Assembly: GCF_006345805.1 (NCBI RefSeq)
Contig: NC_043013.1
Location: 39,122,001-39,186,000 of the forward strand
Direction: 5' to 3'
Origin: Octopus sinensis
Lineage: Eukaryota
Length of the DNA stretch: 64,000 nt
Below the pieces are notes generated by a model. The model did not search any database, was not told where the DNA came from, and saw nothing but the letters and a program-made list of their open reading frames with translations. Numbering within the stretch: position 1 is the first letter of the stretch; the number at the start of each line of letters is the position of its first letter. Positions 13,054 to 26,084 of the stretch are shown piece after piece. Position numbers and translations under genes: made by a program.

Positions 13054-13639
13054 ATGAATAAATTATTAGACTAATTCTATGTAATTTCTTTTTCTGCCTC
13101 TATTGTTGTAAATTTTGGTATATACTCAAAAGTATTAAAAAAATAATCCTTTTGATTATGATATTCTTCTTAATATTTTTCTTGATAATCCTATATTTTA
13201 TCTTTATACAATATAACAATATTGTTTAAATCATTCAACTATAGTAGCCCATGGTAAAATTTCCCCTGTATTATCATTATTGGTTTTATTAGAGTCTTAC
13301 CCCTTTAACTGATAACTAATACCTTGATTTAAGTTCTTCCTTTACCAAACTTCATTATAGACAGTTATTTTATTACTACTTCAAACTAATCTTGACAAGT
13401 TTTATGACTATACCCACTATGATTCTGTCAACTCCCTCAAGCCCTTTCCTAATCAGACAATGCTCTTTGGTCTTAGATTTTGATATACAAAGATTTGATA
13501 AACATGACTATAAATTAAAACTGACCCAAAAATCGGTGACAAGCTAGAACTCTATCAGGTTTTCCCTGAAACCTTAGTAACTTCTAAGCTGAAGTGAATA
13601 CAGCATGTACTTTGTCTGTTTTCTTACCCTCTAAGAGGT

Positions 13640-14219
13640 TTTGCCCTTATTTTATAAGTTATTTATAAAGTTAATCTTTAAAGGTATTTTTTAATATGCT
13701 GGCCATTGATAAAATTTTTTTTCGAAAAAATTTTATCCTTCATTAGATGTAAATTTAATAGTGTTCACTTCCGGACTCTCTCACTCTGTGAAAGTTTCTA
13801 GTTCGAATCACACGTGTCTCGAGATGTGCTGAAAATTTTCTATTTTGGATATATTTGGGGTACTTAGGTCTGCTCAGGACTTAGTGCTTGCTTTTTCCAT
13901 TAGTATGAGTAAGTATTTCATTTATGTCTTACGTATTTATCGCTGAGGAGGAGAAAATTCTTATGAATTAACTCTGAAATTGGGACCAATGCCGTAATAA
14001 CGGAATTTTTTAGAAATTTCTATCGGCTTGTTTCGAGACGCTTAAATTATAATGGTTATTGATAATTTGTCTATTTTCGGCATATTTGGCATTAGAATTT
14101 TTCTTTTGCCCTTATTTTATATATATATATATTATATATATATATATATGTTGTTGTATTTAAGAATGGTCATTTTGCCAGTTTAGCCAAAACAGATATA
14201 TACTCATACACACACACAC

Positions 14220-14251
<32 letters not shown>

Positions 14252-14955
14252 ACTTATAAAATAAGAGCAAAAGAAAAATTCTAATGCCAAATATGCCGAA
14301 AATAGACAAATTGTCAATAACCATTATAATTTATGCGTCTCGAAACAAGCCAATAGAAATTTCTAAAAATTCCGTTATTACCGTATTGGCTCCAATTTCG
14401 GGGTTAATTCATAGGAACTTTCCCCTCCTCAGCGATAAATACGTAAGACATAAATGAAATACTCATACCAATGGAAAAAGCAAGAACTAAGTCCTGGGCA
14501 GACCTAAGTACCCCAAATATATCCAAAATAGAAAATCTTCAGCACATCTCGAGACGCGTGTGATTCGAACTAGAAACTTTCACAGAGTGAGAGAATCCGG
14601 AAGTGAACACTATTAAATTTACAACTAATGTAGGATAAAATTTTTTCCGAAAAAAAATTTTATCAATGGCCAGCATATCAAAAAATACATTTAAAGGTAA
14701 AAATTATAGATAACTTATAAAATAAGGGCAAAAGAAAAATTCTAATGCCAAATATGCCGAAAAAAGACAAAATTGTCAATAACCATTATAATTTATGCGT
14801 CTCGAAACAAGCCGATAGAAATTTCTAAAAAATTCCGTTATTACCGTATTGGTCTCAATTTCGGGGTTACTTTCTATAATTTTAACCTTTAAAGGTATTT
14901 TTTGATATGCTGGCCATTGATAAATTTTTTTCGAAAAAATTTTTATCTACATTAG
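13640..14955. repeat. Tandem plus inverted array of a ~460-nt non-coding unit (PLE/retrozyme-like)
   Basis: 13640-14120 is the reverse complement of 14251-14710. 14711-14870 restarts the unit in tandem and 14881-14955 flips again. A (TA)/(CA) spacer lies at 14120-14250. Confidence 0.85.
14376..14441 (-). ncRNA. Type I hammerhead ribozyme motif
   Basis: Minus strand reads UAUUUAUCG CUGAGGA GGGG-(18 nt)-CCCC GAAA UUGG AG CCAA UA^CGGUAAUA. The core is canonical, helices I-III can form, and the cleavage triplet is AUA. The inverted copy at 13934-13998 has substitutions at the cleavage site. Confidence 0.75.
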
Positions 14956-15799
14956 TTATATATATAGATAGATATACACACATACACATGCACCCACGCA
15001 TTTCTTCTATTTTATTCATTATTGTAGCTCATAAACTGCAGTGTACAAGATTCAAACATCTTTCAACTTGCACAAGTATGTTTTAACATGTAAGTTATGA
15101 ATAGTATATGTTCCTTTTGAATGATTCGCTTGAAAGAAATACGACGACAAGAAACGTACGCAAGAGCGGTTGAAGTCTAATCTGCACCTTATTTTCTTCA
15201 ACTTCATTTATTTTTAATTGATTAAATAACCGATGGTCAAATGAAATATCAATCCAGTAAATATACATGAAGAAACCTCACGCTATCGCGTGATTATAAG
15301 TGTATTTGCCCGTATGTATATATGGATATACATACATACATACGTACGTACGTACATATATACATACATGCTTGCATACATACATGCTTGCATACATTCC
15401 TGCATGCATACATACATACATACATGCATACATACATGCATGCATGCATACATACATAATGCATGCATGCATACATACATACAAATCTATCTATCTATCT
15501 ATTTATCTATTTATATGTGTATGTATGTATGAATGTATGCATGCATGTATGTATGTATGCATTATGTATGTATGCATGCATGCATACATACATAATGCAT
15601 ACATACATACATACATGCATGCATACATTCATACATACATACACGTATAAATAGATAGATAGATAGATTTATGTATGTTTTTCCGATAAGTATATGTTTG
15701 TGATTTTATGTAAGATGTGCATTTCTATTTATATAGCTGTCTCTTAGTTACTCTGCTTTTTCGTCTAGCCATTCTAGTGTGTATATATATGTATATATA

Positions 15800-15848
<49 letters not shown>

Positions 15849-15884
15849 ATATATATTATATATATATATATCTTCTTCTCTCTT

Positions 15885-16242
15885 AAGCACTCCGTCGGTT
15901 ACGACGATGAGGGTTCCGGTTGATCCGAATCAACGGAACAGCCTGCTCGTGAAATTAACGTGTAAGTGGCTGAGCACTCCACAGACACGTGCACCTTTAA
16001 CATAGTTCTCGGGATATTCAGCGTGACACTTGAAATACAGGTACAACAGAAACAGGAAGTAAGAGTGAGAGAAAGTTGTGGTGAAAGAGTAAAGCAGGGA
16101 TCACCACCATCCCTGCCGGAGCCTCGTGGAGCTTTTAGGTGTTTTCGCTCAATAAACACTCACAACGCCCGGTCTGGGAATCGAAACCTCGATCCTACGA
16201 CCGCGAGTCCGCTGCCCTAACCACTGGGCCATTGCGCCTCCA
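15885..16242 (-). mobile_element. tRNA-derived SINE, family B
   Basis: Head GGAGGCGCAATGGCCCAGTGGTTAGGGCAGCGGACTCGCGGTCG..GGTTTCGATTCCCAGACC (tRNA-Arg(TCG)-like), tail ..CGACGGAGTGCTT. Confidence 0.9.
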
Positions 16243-17218
16243 CTTATATATATATATATATACTTTATTTAAAAGCAGCAGAAATATAAAGAGAGCTATT
16301 ACTCAGAGTTTCAAGTTCCCGTACGTCGGACAATTTTGTTATTTTATATTTCTGCTGCACATTACTCTACCTCTAGTATTTGAGTACTCTTTTTTCCACC
16401 TCGTTTCACATTTATGTGCTTATTCCGATATATATATATATATATTATTCATTATTGTAGGTCATAAACTGCAGTGTACAAGATTCAAACATCTTTCAAC
16501 TTGCACAAGTATGTTTTAACATGTAAGTTATGAATAGTATATGTTCCTTTTGAATGATTCGCTTGAAAGAAATACGACGACAAGAAACGTACGCAAGAGC
16601 GGTTGAAGTCTAATCTGCAACTTATTTTCTTCAACTTCATTTATTTCTAATTGATTAAATAACCGATGGTCAAATGAAATATCAATCCAGTAAATATACA
16701 TGAAGAAACCTCACGCTATCGCGTGATTATAAGTGTATTTGCCCGTATGTATATATGGATATACATACATACATACGTACGTACGTACATATATACATAC
16801 ATGCTTGCATACATACATGCTTGCATACATTCCTGCATGCATACATACATACATATATGCATACATACATGCATGCATGCATACATACATAATGCATGCA
16901 TGCATACATACATACAAATCTATCTATCTATCTATTTATCTATTTATATGTGTATGTATGTATGAATGTATGCATGCATGTATGTATGTATGTATGCATT
17001 ATGTATGTATGCATGCATGCATACATACATAATGCATACATACATACATACATGCATGCATACATTCATACATACATACACGTATAAATAGATAGATAGA
17101 TAGATTTATGTATGTTTTTCCGATAAGTATATGTTTGTGATTTTATGTAAGATGTGCATTTCTATTTATATAGCTGTCTCTTAGTTACTCTGCTTTTTCG
17201 TCTAGCCATTCTAGTGTG

Positions 17219-17257
<39 letters not shown>

Positions 17258-17270
17258 CTTCTTCTCTCTT

Positions 17271-17629
17271 AAGCACTCCGTCGGTTACGACGATGAGGGT
17301 TCCGGTTGATCCGAATCAACGGAACAGCCTGCTCGTGAAATTAACGTGTAAGTGGCTGAGCACTCCACAGACACGTGCACCTTTAACATAGTTCTCGGGG
17401 ATATTCAGCGTGACACTTGAAATACAGGTACAACAGAAACAGGAAGTAAGAGTGAGAGAAAGTTGTGGTGAAAGAGAAAAGCAGGGATCACCACCATCCC
17501 TGCCGGAGCCTCGTGGAGCTTTTAGGTGTTTTCGCTCAATAAACACTCACAACGCCCGGTCTGGGAATCGAAACCTCGATCCTACGACCGCGAGTCCGCT
17601 GCCCTAACCACTGGGCCATTGCGCCTCCA
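17271..17629 (-). mobile_element. Family B SINE (duplicate within the tandem unit)
   Basis: Near-identical to 15885-16242. Confidence 0.9.
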
Positions 17630-17806
17630 CTTATATATATATACTTTATTTAAAAGCAGCAGAAATATAAAGAGAGCTATTACTCAGAGTTTCAAGTTCC
17701 CGTACGTCGGACAATTTTGTTATTTTATATTTCTGCTGCACATTACTCTACCTCTAGTATTTGAGTACTCTTTTTTCCACCTCGTTTCACATTTATGTGC
17801 TTATTC

Positions 17807-17879
<73 letters not shown>

Positions 17880-18177
17880 CATTATTGTAGGTCATAAACT
17901 GCAGTGTACAAGATTCAAACATCTTTCAACTTGCACAAGTATGTTTTAACATGTAAGTTATGAATAGTATATGTTCCTTTTGAATGATTCGCTTGAAAGA
18001 AATACGACGACAAGAAACGTACGCAAGAGCGGTTGAAGTCTAATCTGCACCTTATTTTCTTCAACTTCATTTATTTCTAATTGATTAAATAACCGATGGT
18101 CAAATGAAATATCAATCCAGTAAATATACACGAAGAAACCTCACGCTATCGCGTGATTATAAGTGTTTCTTCATGTA

Positions 18178-18209
<32 letters not shown>

Positions 18210-18620
18210 CACATGTATGAATTTATATCGTGTAATATAATATATATATACTACCTCTCTTCTTCCTTAATATTTAATTGTTACCAACCGTTAAAATTAT
18301 GTCTAAACAACTGGTGTTTGATTTTGGTATGTTAACTGTAATCATATCTTCCAGGGACGTCCTTTTGCTTTTGAAGCGCTCCTGCCACGCGAAACATTAC
18401 GTACGACCCATTTCCTCATCGCTGTAAGCTTGCCGAAGCATTCTCAATGTCTTTGTAGCAGACTTTCCAAGTTTAACGCAAAATTTCACGTTGGCTCCGT
18501 CTCTCTCTGTCTGTCTGTCTCTCTCCCCCTCCCCCTCCCCCATCTCTCTCTTTCTCCTTATAACATTTCGCCCTAACTACCACACCACCTCCAATAAAAC
18601 CATCATGTATCACATATTGT

Positions 18621-18971
18621 AGGCGCAGGAATGGCTGTGTGGTAAGTAGCTTGCTTACCAACCACATGGTTCCGGGTTCGGTCACACTGTGTGGCACCTT
18701 GGGCAAGTGTCTTCTACTATAGCCCCGGGCTGACCAAAGCCTTGTGAGTGGATTTGGTAGACGGAAACTGAAAGAAGCCCGTCGTATATATGTATATGTA
18801 TATATATGTGTGTGTGTATTTGTGTGTCTGTGTTTGTCCCCCCAACTTTGCTTGACAACCGATGCTGGTGTGTTTACGTCCCACTAGGCTTACAAAGAAT
18901 AAGTCCTGGGTTCGATTTGCTTGACTAAAGGCAGTGCTCCAGCATGGCCGCAGTCAAGAGAGTAAAGAGTA
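18621..18971 (+). mobile_element. Family A SINE
   Basis: Starts AGGCGCAGGAATGGCTGTGTGGTAAG and ends in an AAGAGT tail. Confidence 0.9.
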
Positions 18972-19009
18972 CATGCAAATGGTCCTGAAGGATTTTTTTC
19001 CACCGACCC

Positions 19010-19300
19010 TACACTTATCTTCACTTCTTAGGTTAGTTGCCGAATAGTAATGTGGCATTCTTCCAAAATGACAGCTTCCACTTTATGGATGGTGTCGTCA
19101 TCAATGGCACAATGTGGTCGTCCAGGAATAGGAGCAGTTTCCACCGATGTCTGACTACATTTGAACAGGCGATGCCAGTGCTTGATTACATCGTATGATG
19201 GGATATCGTCACCATAAACTTTTTTCGTCCTAAGTCTCTTTTGGTGTACGACCTTTCAAATATAAGAACCTGATCACTGATCTGTATTCAATTGCCTCCA
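19010..19300 (-). mobile_element. Mariner transposase N-terminal (HTH) relic
   Basis: Minus translation KVYGDDIPSYDVIKHWHRLFKCSQTSVETAPIPGRPHCAIDDDTIHKVEAVILEECHITIRQL resembles the mariner HTH region. Confidence 0.75.
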
Positions 19301-20227
19301 TTATAACACCTTCGTCCACTTCAGCAGCCGTAGAAGACAAATGAATACCAGTAGAAAGCTACAATTTACAATGACATGTAGAGACATGTATGATTATACC
19401 TGTACAAGTTCCGTTTCCTGCAATAACCGGAAGTGGGGCAGGGGAAATCTTCGAAGAACACAACTCGTATACACACACGTGCACAGGCGCGCACACACAC
19501 ACACACTCTCTCGCTGAATATCCCGTCGTCGCCGGGAAACTCTCAAAACAGAATGCCTTTATTGCAATTTTTTTGTACCATGTCAGACCATGTTTACTTC
19601 AACTGATAGGTCTCTTCATTTCTACATTATATGAGGCAATTTATAATGTATCGATAAAAGAAAGTTTTGTTTTTTTTTCATTTGGTGCATAGATTTTTGT
19701 TGGCTCGCTACTGATGCTTTGTTAGGGGCCTTCGATTCTGTTGCCCCAACGAAATTTTTTACATACTTGCAAACACATATACGCTGACACACGCGATGTT
19801 TGCATGCTATGGGGACACAAATGTTTCGTGGTCTGCTACGACAACAGCTCCTTTATAGGATCCAGTTAGCTCAAGACATCGTCAGGAGGAACCACGTCCG
19901 GTTTCGGCCCCTACTTCTCTACCGTTTTGACGTGGCGGGGTCCCCCCTTTCGGAGGTGTCTTCAGCTTTGGTGTTGGGTGCATGTCTTCTTTCTTCTGTT
20001 CCCTGGTCTCTTCGATGTATCGTCAGCGAGTGTTAGCCGGTGACTGACTGTCTTGTCAAATTTCTCCCTTTAAATACCTGCCGCAAGGCTCCAGCAGGCA
20101 GCCCCAGTTGTCACGTGACACTGTCTTACCTTAACTGACTAGTGAAGCCGCGTAGTCTTAGCCCGCGCTTTTTCTAAACGGCCGTCACCTGTCAGTCAGC
20201 GAAGCTGATTCAGTCAGCTTGTCTCGC

Positions 20228-22935
20228 CTAATGATAGTATTTCCCGTCGGCATGTTTATGACTTTCAAGCCATTTTCGGTCTTCCCGCTTCAGCCATATA
20301 TAGAAGCTGGCTTTTTCGACCGCCCCCTGTACTCTCCTTATTAGTTTACGCAGCTCGGGGCTAGAAAAAACAAATCTTCTTTTGAAAAGCGTTGTCATTT
20401 TCTTTTCAATGAAGCCTCTAGCCCCCACTGCCAGGTGATAATATTCGACATTCCATCCCTGTTCTCTGCATTCTTCGATTAGCTTTTCATACCTCTTCTC
20501 CTTTCGTTCCTCTGCATTGCCGATTTCTCTTCCCAAGGTACTGTCAGTTCTAGTAAAATTCCCATTCTCCGGTCTCTGTTCCATAGAACTAAATCCGGTC
20601 TTTTTGTTGTTTTTATTAGTGGAAATATTACTTGTCTTTCCAAGTCCGTGGCCACCTCCCAGTATCCCTTCCATCTTTCGTCTATCTCGTATACTTTACT
20701 TGTAGCCTGGTGGAAGTATACTTTCCTGCGATTTTCTACTTTTGGGTACTCTCTCCTATTGTACCTCTCGATCTTCTCCTTGAGTGCTGCGCTTATGACG
20801 CCGAGGACTTGATTATGCCGCCATGTATATCTTTCAAGTGCTAGTCTGCAACTTGACAGAACATGTCTAACCGTCGCTTTCTCTCCGCATCTACACTCAT
20901 CGTTTTTTTTTATGTTCCACCGGACAAAGTTCGCCGGTGAGGGTAGAACGTCGAAGGTAGACTTGATCAGGAAGGATGTTCTTGCTTGTTCCCAAGCCCA
21001 AAGTTCCTTCCATGATATTCTGCGGTTGATCACATATTCCTCCCATCTCAGGCACTGTCCCTGTTAACTGCATTGCACCAAATGTACATTTCGCCTTTCT
21101 TCTTCCCCCTTTTCTCACTTCGTATACCACTGCCTCTTTCATCTCTTTTACACTGCTCTTGCAAAATGGCCTGAAATTTTGCGACCCTAGGCCGGTTCTA
21201 GATTCTTGCGTTGCTCCGACTATATCTGCGTGCTTTAGTTTTCCAATCGCCCTGTTTACTGCCTCTTCCGCCTTCCATTTCCTCTATGTTCGTACCTTTG
21301 GAGGGTTTTCCCGGATGCTCTGATCTTTTGAATACCTTAGCATCATTACTGTCCTTGCCTTTCCTGCCTTATATTCTTCGGCGATTGATGTTATTGGTAG
21401 TTGCAGCACGGGTTTCCATATAGTGCAGTTATATTCAGTGGTTTCGGCAGACCCAGCCATTTTCTGATAAACACACTGCATCTTTGCTCTATCCTTTCTA
21501 CTCTACTCGAGGCTATTTCGTACATTTGCAATGACCACATTATTTTTGGGTACAGCCCAAATTGCAGTATCCAACATTTGAATTTTCCAGGCAGCGTTGT
21601 TCTGTCAATTGCCTTTAATCCTTGTTCTACTAACTCGTGTGTTTCTTTCCCTTGCTTCTTATCATTTAATAAATCTCTATACCATCTGCCGAGACTCTTT
21701 ACTGGTTGTTTTTTCACCGTTGGTATGTCTTCCCTTCCTATCCTGAATTTCACTTCTTCTTGCCTTCCTTTCACGAAAGCCACGCTTCGAGATTTTTTGG
21801 CTTTGAATTTCATCCTTGCCCATCCTATCAGTTCGTCCAACCGCTCTAACGTTCCCTCTGCTGCTTCTCTCCTTTCCGATAATATAGTTACGTCGTCCAT
21901 AAAAGCCCTTAATGGTGTCTTTGTAACAGCTTTCTCACAGTTTGTAGATCTGAGTAGCATTTCCATGACTATCACGAATAAGATGACTGATATCGTGCAT
22001 CCGGCTGCAATACCTATTTCAAGCCGTTGCCACTCCGTTGCCACTCCGTTGTGAACTTTCCTGCTGTAAATCTCATCCTCAGGTTGTCGTAGTACGACAT
22101 GAGCATTCGTTGAACATCTTTTGGAATCCAAAAGAAGTCCATCGTTGTTTTTATTATTGCGTGCGGAACAGATCCATAAGCGTTGGCAAGATCTAGCCAA
22201 ACAATATATAGGTTTTTCTTAATTTATTTTGCACAGTTGATGGCTTCCCAGATGGAAAATGCGTGTTCTATGCACCCAGGGATTCCGGGCATTCCTGCTT
22301 TTTGAATCGCTTCATTAACGTATCCGTTATGCTGTACGAATCTTATGATTCGTCTAGCAATTATACCGAATTACGTCTGTATTTAGTAGTGAAATCGGTC
22401 TAAATTGGCCTAGTGTTTTTGCCTCTTTTTCTTTAGGTAGATAGATACCTTCGGCTATACCCCATCGCTCCGCTATATCTTTCTTCTTCCACATTTCTCT
22501 CATCAGTGCAAACAGCTGCAATCGTAATTTCGGGCAATATTTGTATGTCTTGTAGCTCACTCCATCGTTCCCTGGTGCACTTTTTGCTCTTGCTTTCCTT
22601 ATGAACTCATCCATTTCTTTCCGTTTGATGTCGCTCAAATCAAATGGTACTCTTGGTTCAGGTGGTTTCTTCAGTCCGTGCATTTCTGGGAGTGCTCATC
22701 CATTTCTATCAGAGTCGCTGTATGTCTCTTTCAGATGTTGTTCGAGCTCTTCTTTCGTGCAATCCAATTTTCCGCTTTTACATTCAGTAAATAGATGTTT
22801 CGCATATTGATAGGGATTGTTCACAAAGCTACGATTGTTTTTTCTCTCTCCTTTCTTCTGCTCCTCCTTCTTTGTTTTCTTAGCAGATCTCGATGCCTCT
22901 TTTTTATCCCTTCATATAGCTGCTTTAGCCCTTCT
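20228..22935 (-). mobile_element. 5'-truncated HERO/NeSL-group non-LTR retrotransposon (RT + zinc knuckle + RLE), frameshifted
   Basis: ORF pieces carry KSAPGNDG, FRPISLLN, GIAAGCTISVILF, AFMDDVTIL (RT), CRCGEKATVRHVLSSC (CCHC), and RPDLVLW, LLELTVPWEE, LAVGARGF (restriction-like endonuclease). Several frameshifts are present. Confidence 0.9.
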
Positions 22936-23048
22936 CTTTACCATTAAATTAAAAAGAAAACATTATTTTTTCTTAAAATAACGAGTCAAGGTTTTCTCTT
23001 GTTTTTAGTCTGCATTTTAACAAACTTTCATATGAGGTTTTAAAATTA

Positions 23049-23444
23049 CTAATAGTATAGCCCGGCGTTGCTCGGGTTTGTTTTCTTTTTGACCCTTTAG
23101 AATTGGAATTTTCGAAAAGTAAAAATTGTGCATTATGTACCTTGTTATACTCTTTAAGTGAACATTTTTCTGGTTCAAATACACCGAAAAATGGCGACAC
23201 AGCAGTAAAAAAATCGTAAAAAATAGGGATTTTCATAGAAAAAAAGCACCTTTTTGATGTAAATAAGTTTTGATCTTAACATGGTCCAATTTGAATTTTT
23301 TCTTCTACGGAAGAAAGAGCAAGCCTTCTTCTATCATACTCTCAATTTTGGTCAACTTGCGCCGCAGGGTCTCGGAGAAGATAGTGTTAGTTGAAGGCTA
23401 CCAAACCTGCCATACACAGACAACTGCAGCTTTATATATAAAGG
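23049..23444 (-). mobile_element. Non-autonomous Helitron related to family B
   Basis: On the minus strand it starts CCTTTATATATAAAGCTG and ends CCCGAGCAACGCCGGGCTATACTATTAG|T. Both termini are degenerate by one base. Confidence 0.7.
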
Positions 23445-23827
23445 TTTTATTCTGTTTCTGCTTGTTTTGTATTCAACAGATACAGTGGTGCAAGGAAAAA
23501 TATATCGTAACGATTTTATTAAAATCCGCAACACTACAACTACCGGAACATCTAAGGACACGACGGCTATTGGTTTCCGTTGAAGAATGTGCATAGGAAT
23601 GTTACAAATCAACGCGTTTTAATTCCTTTGTATTCTACAACTCAAAATCTGGGTGTGGTCTTCGAAAACATTCTACACGTTTCTTCAGATTGCGCAGTGA
23701 ATCACACACAGACTCCTAATCAGCTTAGAGGATTAACTGGAAAAGGTGAATATCCTTGTCGTCGCCTTCCTTCTCATCTACCTTCCAAACTTTCGAAGTC
23801 CTCGTCCCCCTCCCCGTCCTCGCTCTA

Positions 23828-23869
23828 CTGCTGCTGCTGCTGCTGCTGCTTCTACTGCTGCTGCTGCTT

Positions 23870-23943
<74 letters not shown>

Positions 23944-23968
23944 ATAATAATAATAATAATAATAATAA
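23828..23968. repeat. Compound (CTG)(CTA)(TAA) microsatellite
   Basis: Read directly. Confidence 0.95.
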
Positions 23969-24180
23969 TCCTTTCTACTATAGGCAAAAGACCTGAAATT
24001 TTTGGGGAAGAGTTAAATCGATTACATCGATTCCCCACTACTCAACTGGTTCTTAATTTATTGACTCTGAAAAGATGAGGCAAAGTCAACCTCGGCGGAA
24101 TTTGAACTCAGAACGTAAAGATGGACGAAATGCCGCTAAGCATTTGCCCGGGGTGCTCACGCGTCTGCCATCTCACTGCC
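23969..24180 (-). mobile_element. Family C SINE
   Basis: Reverse complement of the family C consensus. Confidence 0.8.
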
Positions 24181-24186
24181 TTATTG

Positions 24187-24261
<75 letters not shown>

Positions 24262-24264
<3 letters not shown>

Positions 24265-24745
24265 GTCTATGTTTGACTTTTGCTTTACATTTGTACAAGT
24301 TGGCTCCAAGTCTCACCCAGAGACCTCAAGAGACAACAAGTTGGAAGTTCATGTTGGTGTTATGCCTAGTGTGCCATATATTTGGTTTTGTACTTAGTGT
24401 TGTACTAGTGAATGTCTAAAAAAACCATGCTAAATTTATGTTTGCTTTAAAACTTGAGATTATATAGAAAGTATTTTGCGTAGGATATGAGCAGTTCCCA
24501 TGAGCACTATCTTTTGAATTCCTGCCATTTTTGGGTTTCCTGGTATCTGAGCTAGGTAGCAATCAGCCCCTTTTGCTATCATTCCCAGGTCACCTATGAC
24601 AACAGGTATTGTTCTAGTCTTCAGCTTCCAATTTTGCTGATTTCTATTTTAAGATCTTTATATTTGCTCAGTTTTTGGTAGGTCTTGACAGATACGTTTA
24701 TATCGATTGGGACAGTCATATCAATGAGGAGGCATGTCCTTTTAT
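24262..24745 (-). mobile_element. R4/Dong-like LINE 3' end (RLE domain) within (TAA)n
   Basis: Minus translation, across one frameshift, gives CLLIDMTVPIDINVSVKTYQKLSKYKDLKIEI..KTRTIPVVIGDLG..IQKIVLMGTAHILRKIL*. Flanked by (TTA)n on both sides. Confidence 0.85.
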
Positions 24746-24749
24746 TATG

Positions 24750-24817
<68 letters not shown>

Positions 24818-24834
24818 GTTGTTGTTGTTATTAT

Positions 24835-25372
24835 TGAGTGAGAGAGCAGTGCATGGGGTAAAATATACGAAGCCCAGTATACCCATTATGACTACCCGTC
24901 TGATAAGGGTACGCTAGGTACATGCATCACAACCATGTGTGCGCGACATGGTGATCTCATATCAATATAAACAGCACATGACCTTGCAGGTGGGGCCCAG
25001 TTAGAATTTTCTTCAGGTTGAGTAGCCCATCCCACTCAAAAGGTCCCTGAATAAGGGTTGTTTAAGGATGTTGAACGAAACACCCATGTTTCAGAGGTAA
25101 ATTATTCAAACCCCAAAGAATCCCTCTCAACACATGGCTATGATGCTCCCCTACTACTTCTACTCATGATCAGAGATGCACATATCGTCAGCCACTAAGG
25201 GACATGCTCAACTGGTTAAGGTCAAACAACTGACAAGCAAATCTGTGGTATTGAGCAGAATATTTGCTATAGCCCATCTTTTATACCAAGACAAAACAAT
25301 GTACATGATAACACTTCCAATCAGTTAAGATCAGAAGCCACGAGAGCCACTGCCTAGTACTGCATCATGGCA
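24835..25372 (-). mobile_element. ~530-bp retroposon with (AAT)n tail (LINE 3'-UTR-like); second copy at 38020-38567
   Basis: Strong identity between the two copies. Both sit within TTA-rich microsatellites. Confidence 0.75.
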
Positions 25373-25431
25373 TTTATTATCATCATCATCATCATCATCA
25401 TCATCGTCGTCGTCGTCGTTGTTGTTGTTGC

Positions 25432-25462
<31 letters not shown>

Positions 25463-25488
25463 ATTTTGTCCAACCCCTGTTATATATA

Positions 25489-26040
25489 CAGGGGTTGGAC
25501 AAAATAATGGAAACACCTTAAAATTTCAAACAAATTTATTTTAATATGGGTTAGGACTGCCTTTGGATGTAATTACAGCTTGAATTCTACGAGGTATGGA
25601 CTCATACAAAGTTTGAATTATTTCCAAAGGAATTTCTATCCATTCTTCAGCTAAAACAATCTCCAGTTCTTGTAGTGATGATGGTGGAGGATATCGACTT
25701 CTTACATGTTTTTTTTTTTTAAATGCACCATAAATTTTCAATTATATTGAGATCTGGAGACTATGGTGGCCAGATAAGATGTTCAACTCCACTAGAATGT
25801 TTTTTGTGCTATTCTGTAACAACTTTAGCTGTGTGAATTGATGCATTATCATCCTGAAAGATTGCGTTTTTCCTCCGGAAACAGTTTTGCAACCACAGGA
25901 TGTATTTGATTAGATAAAAAGCTTAAACAGTCATGACTATTAATTTTGCTATGAAGGGAAACCCCTGGGCCGGCGGATTTTCAAGATATAGCCCCCCCCC
26001 CAAGTCATCACAGATCCTTCTCCATGTTTAACATTTGGAA
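25489..26040 (-). mobile_element. Tc1-like transposon 3' half
   Basis: TIR CAGGGGTTGGACAAAATAATGGAAAC follows TA. Minus translation contains IFQDDNASIH, WPP*SPDLNNIENLW and SIPRRIQAVITSKG. Confidence 0.85.
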
Positions 26041-26084
26041 GAAAGCAGTCTGAGTCAACGAGCTTTGAGAAGAGACAGATAAAA

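Larger units (their letters stand above)
15013..18165. repeat. Local tandem duplication, ~1.43-kb unit x ~2.2
   Basis: Units start at 15013, 16446 and 17876 and are near-identical apart from microsatellite length. Each full unit contains (CATA/CATG)n, (TA)n and a family B SINE. Confidence 0.9.

Noticed and set aside
12200-13640. AT-rich stretch suspected to be NUMT or viral; diverged direct repeat at 12198 and 12541
   Set aside because: No recognisable mitochondrial or viral peptide in any frame I checked.
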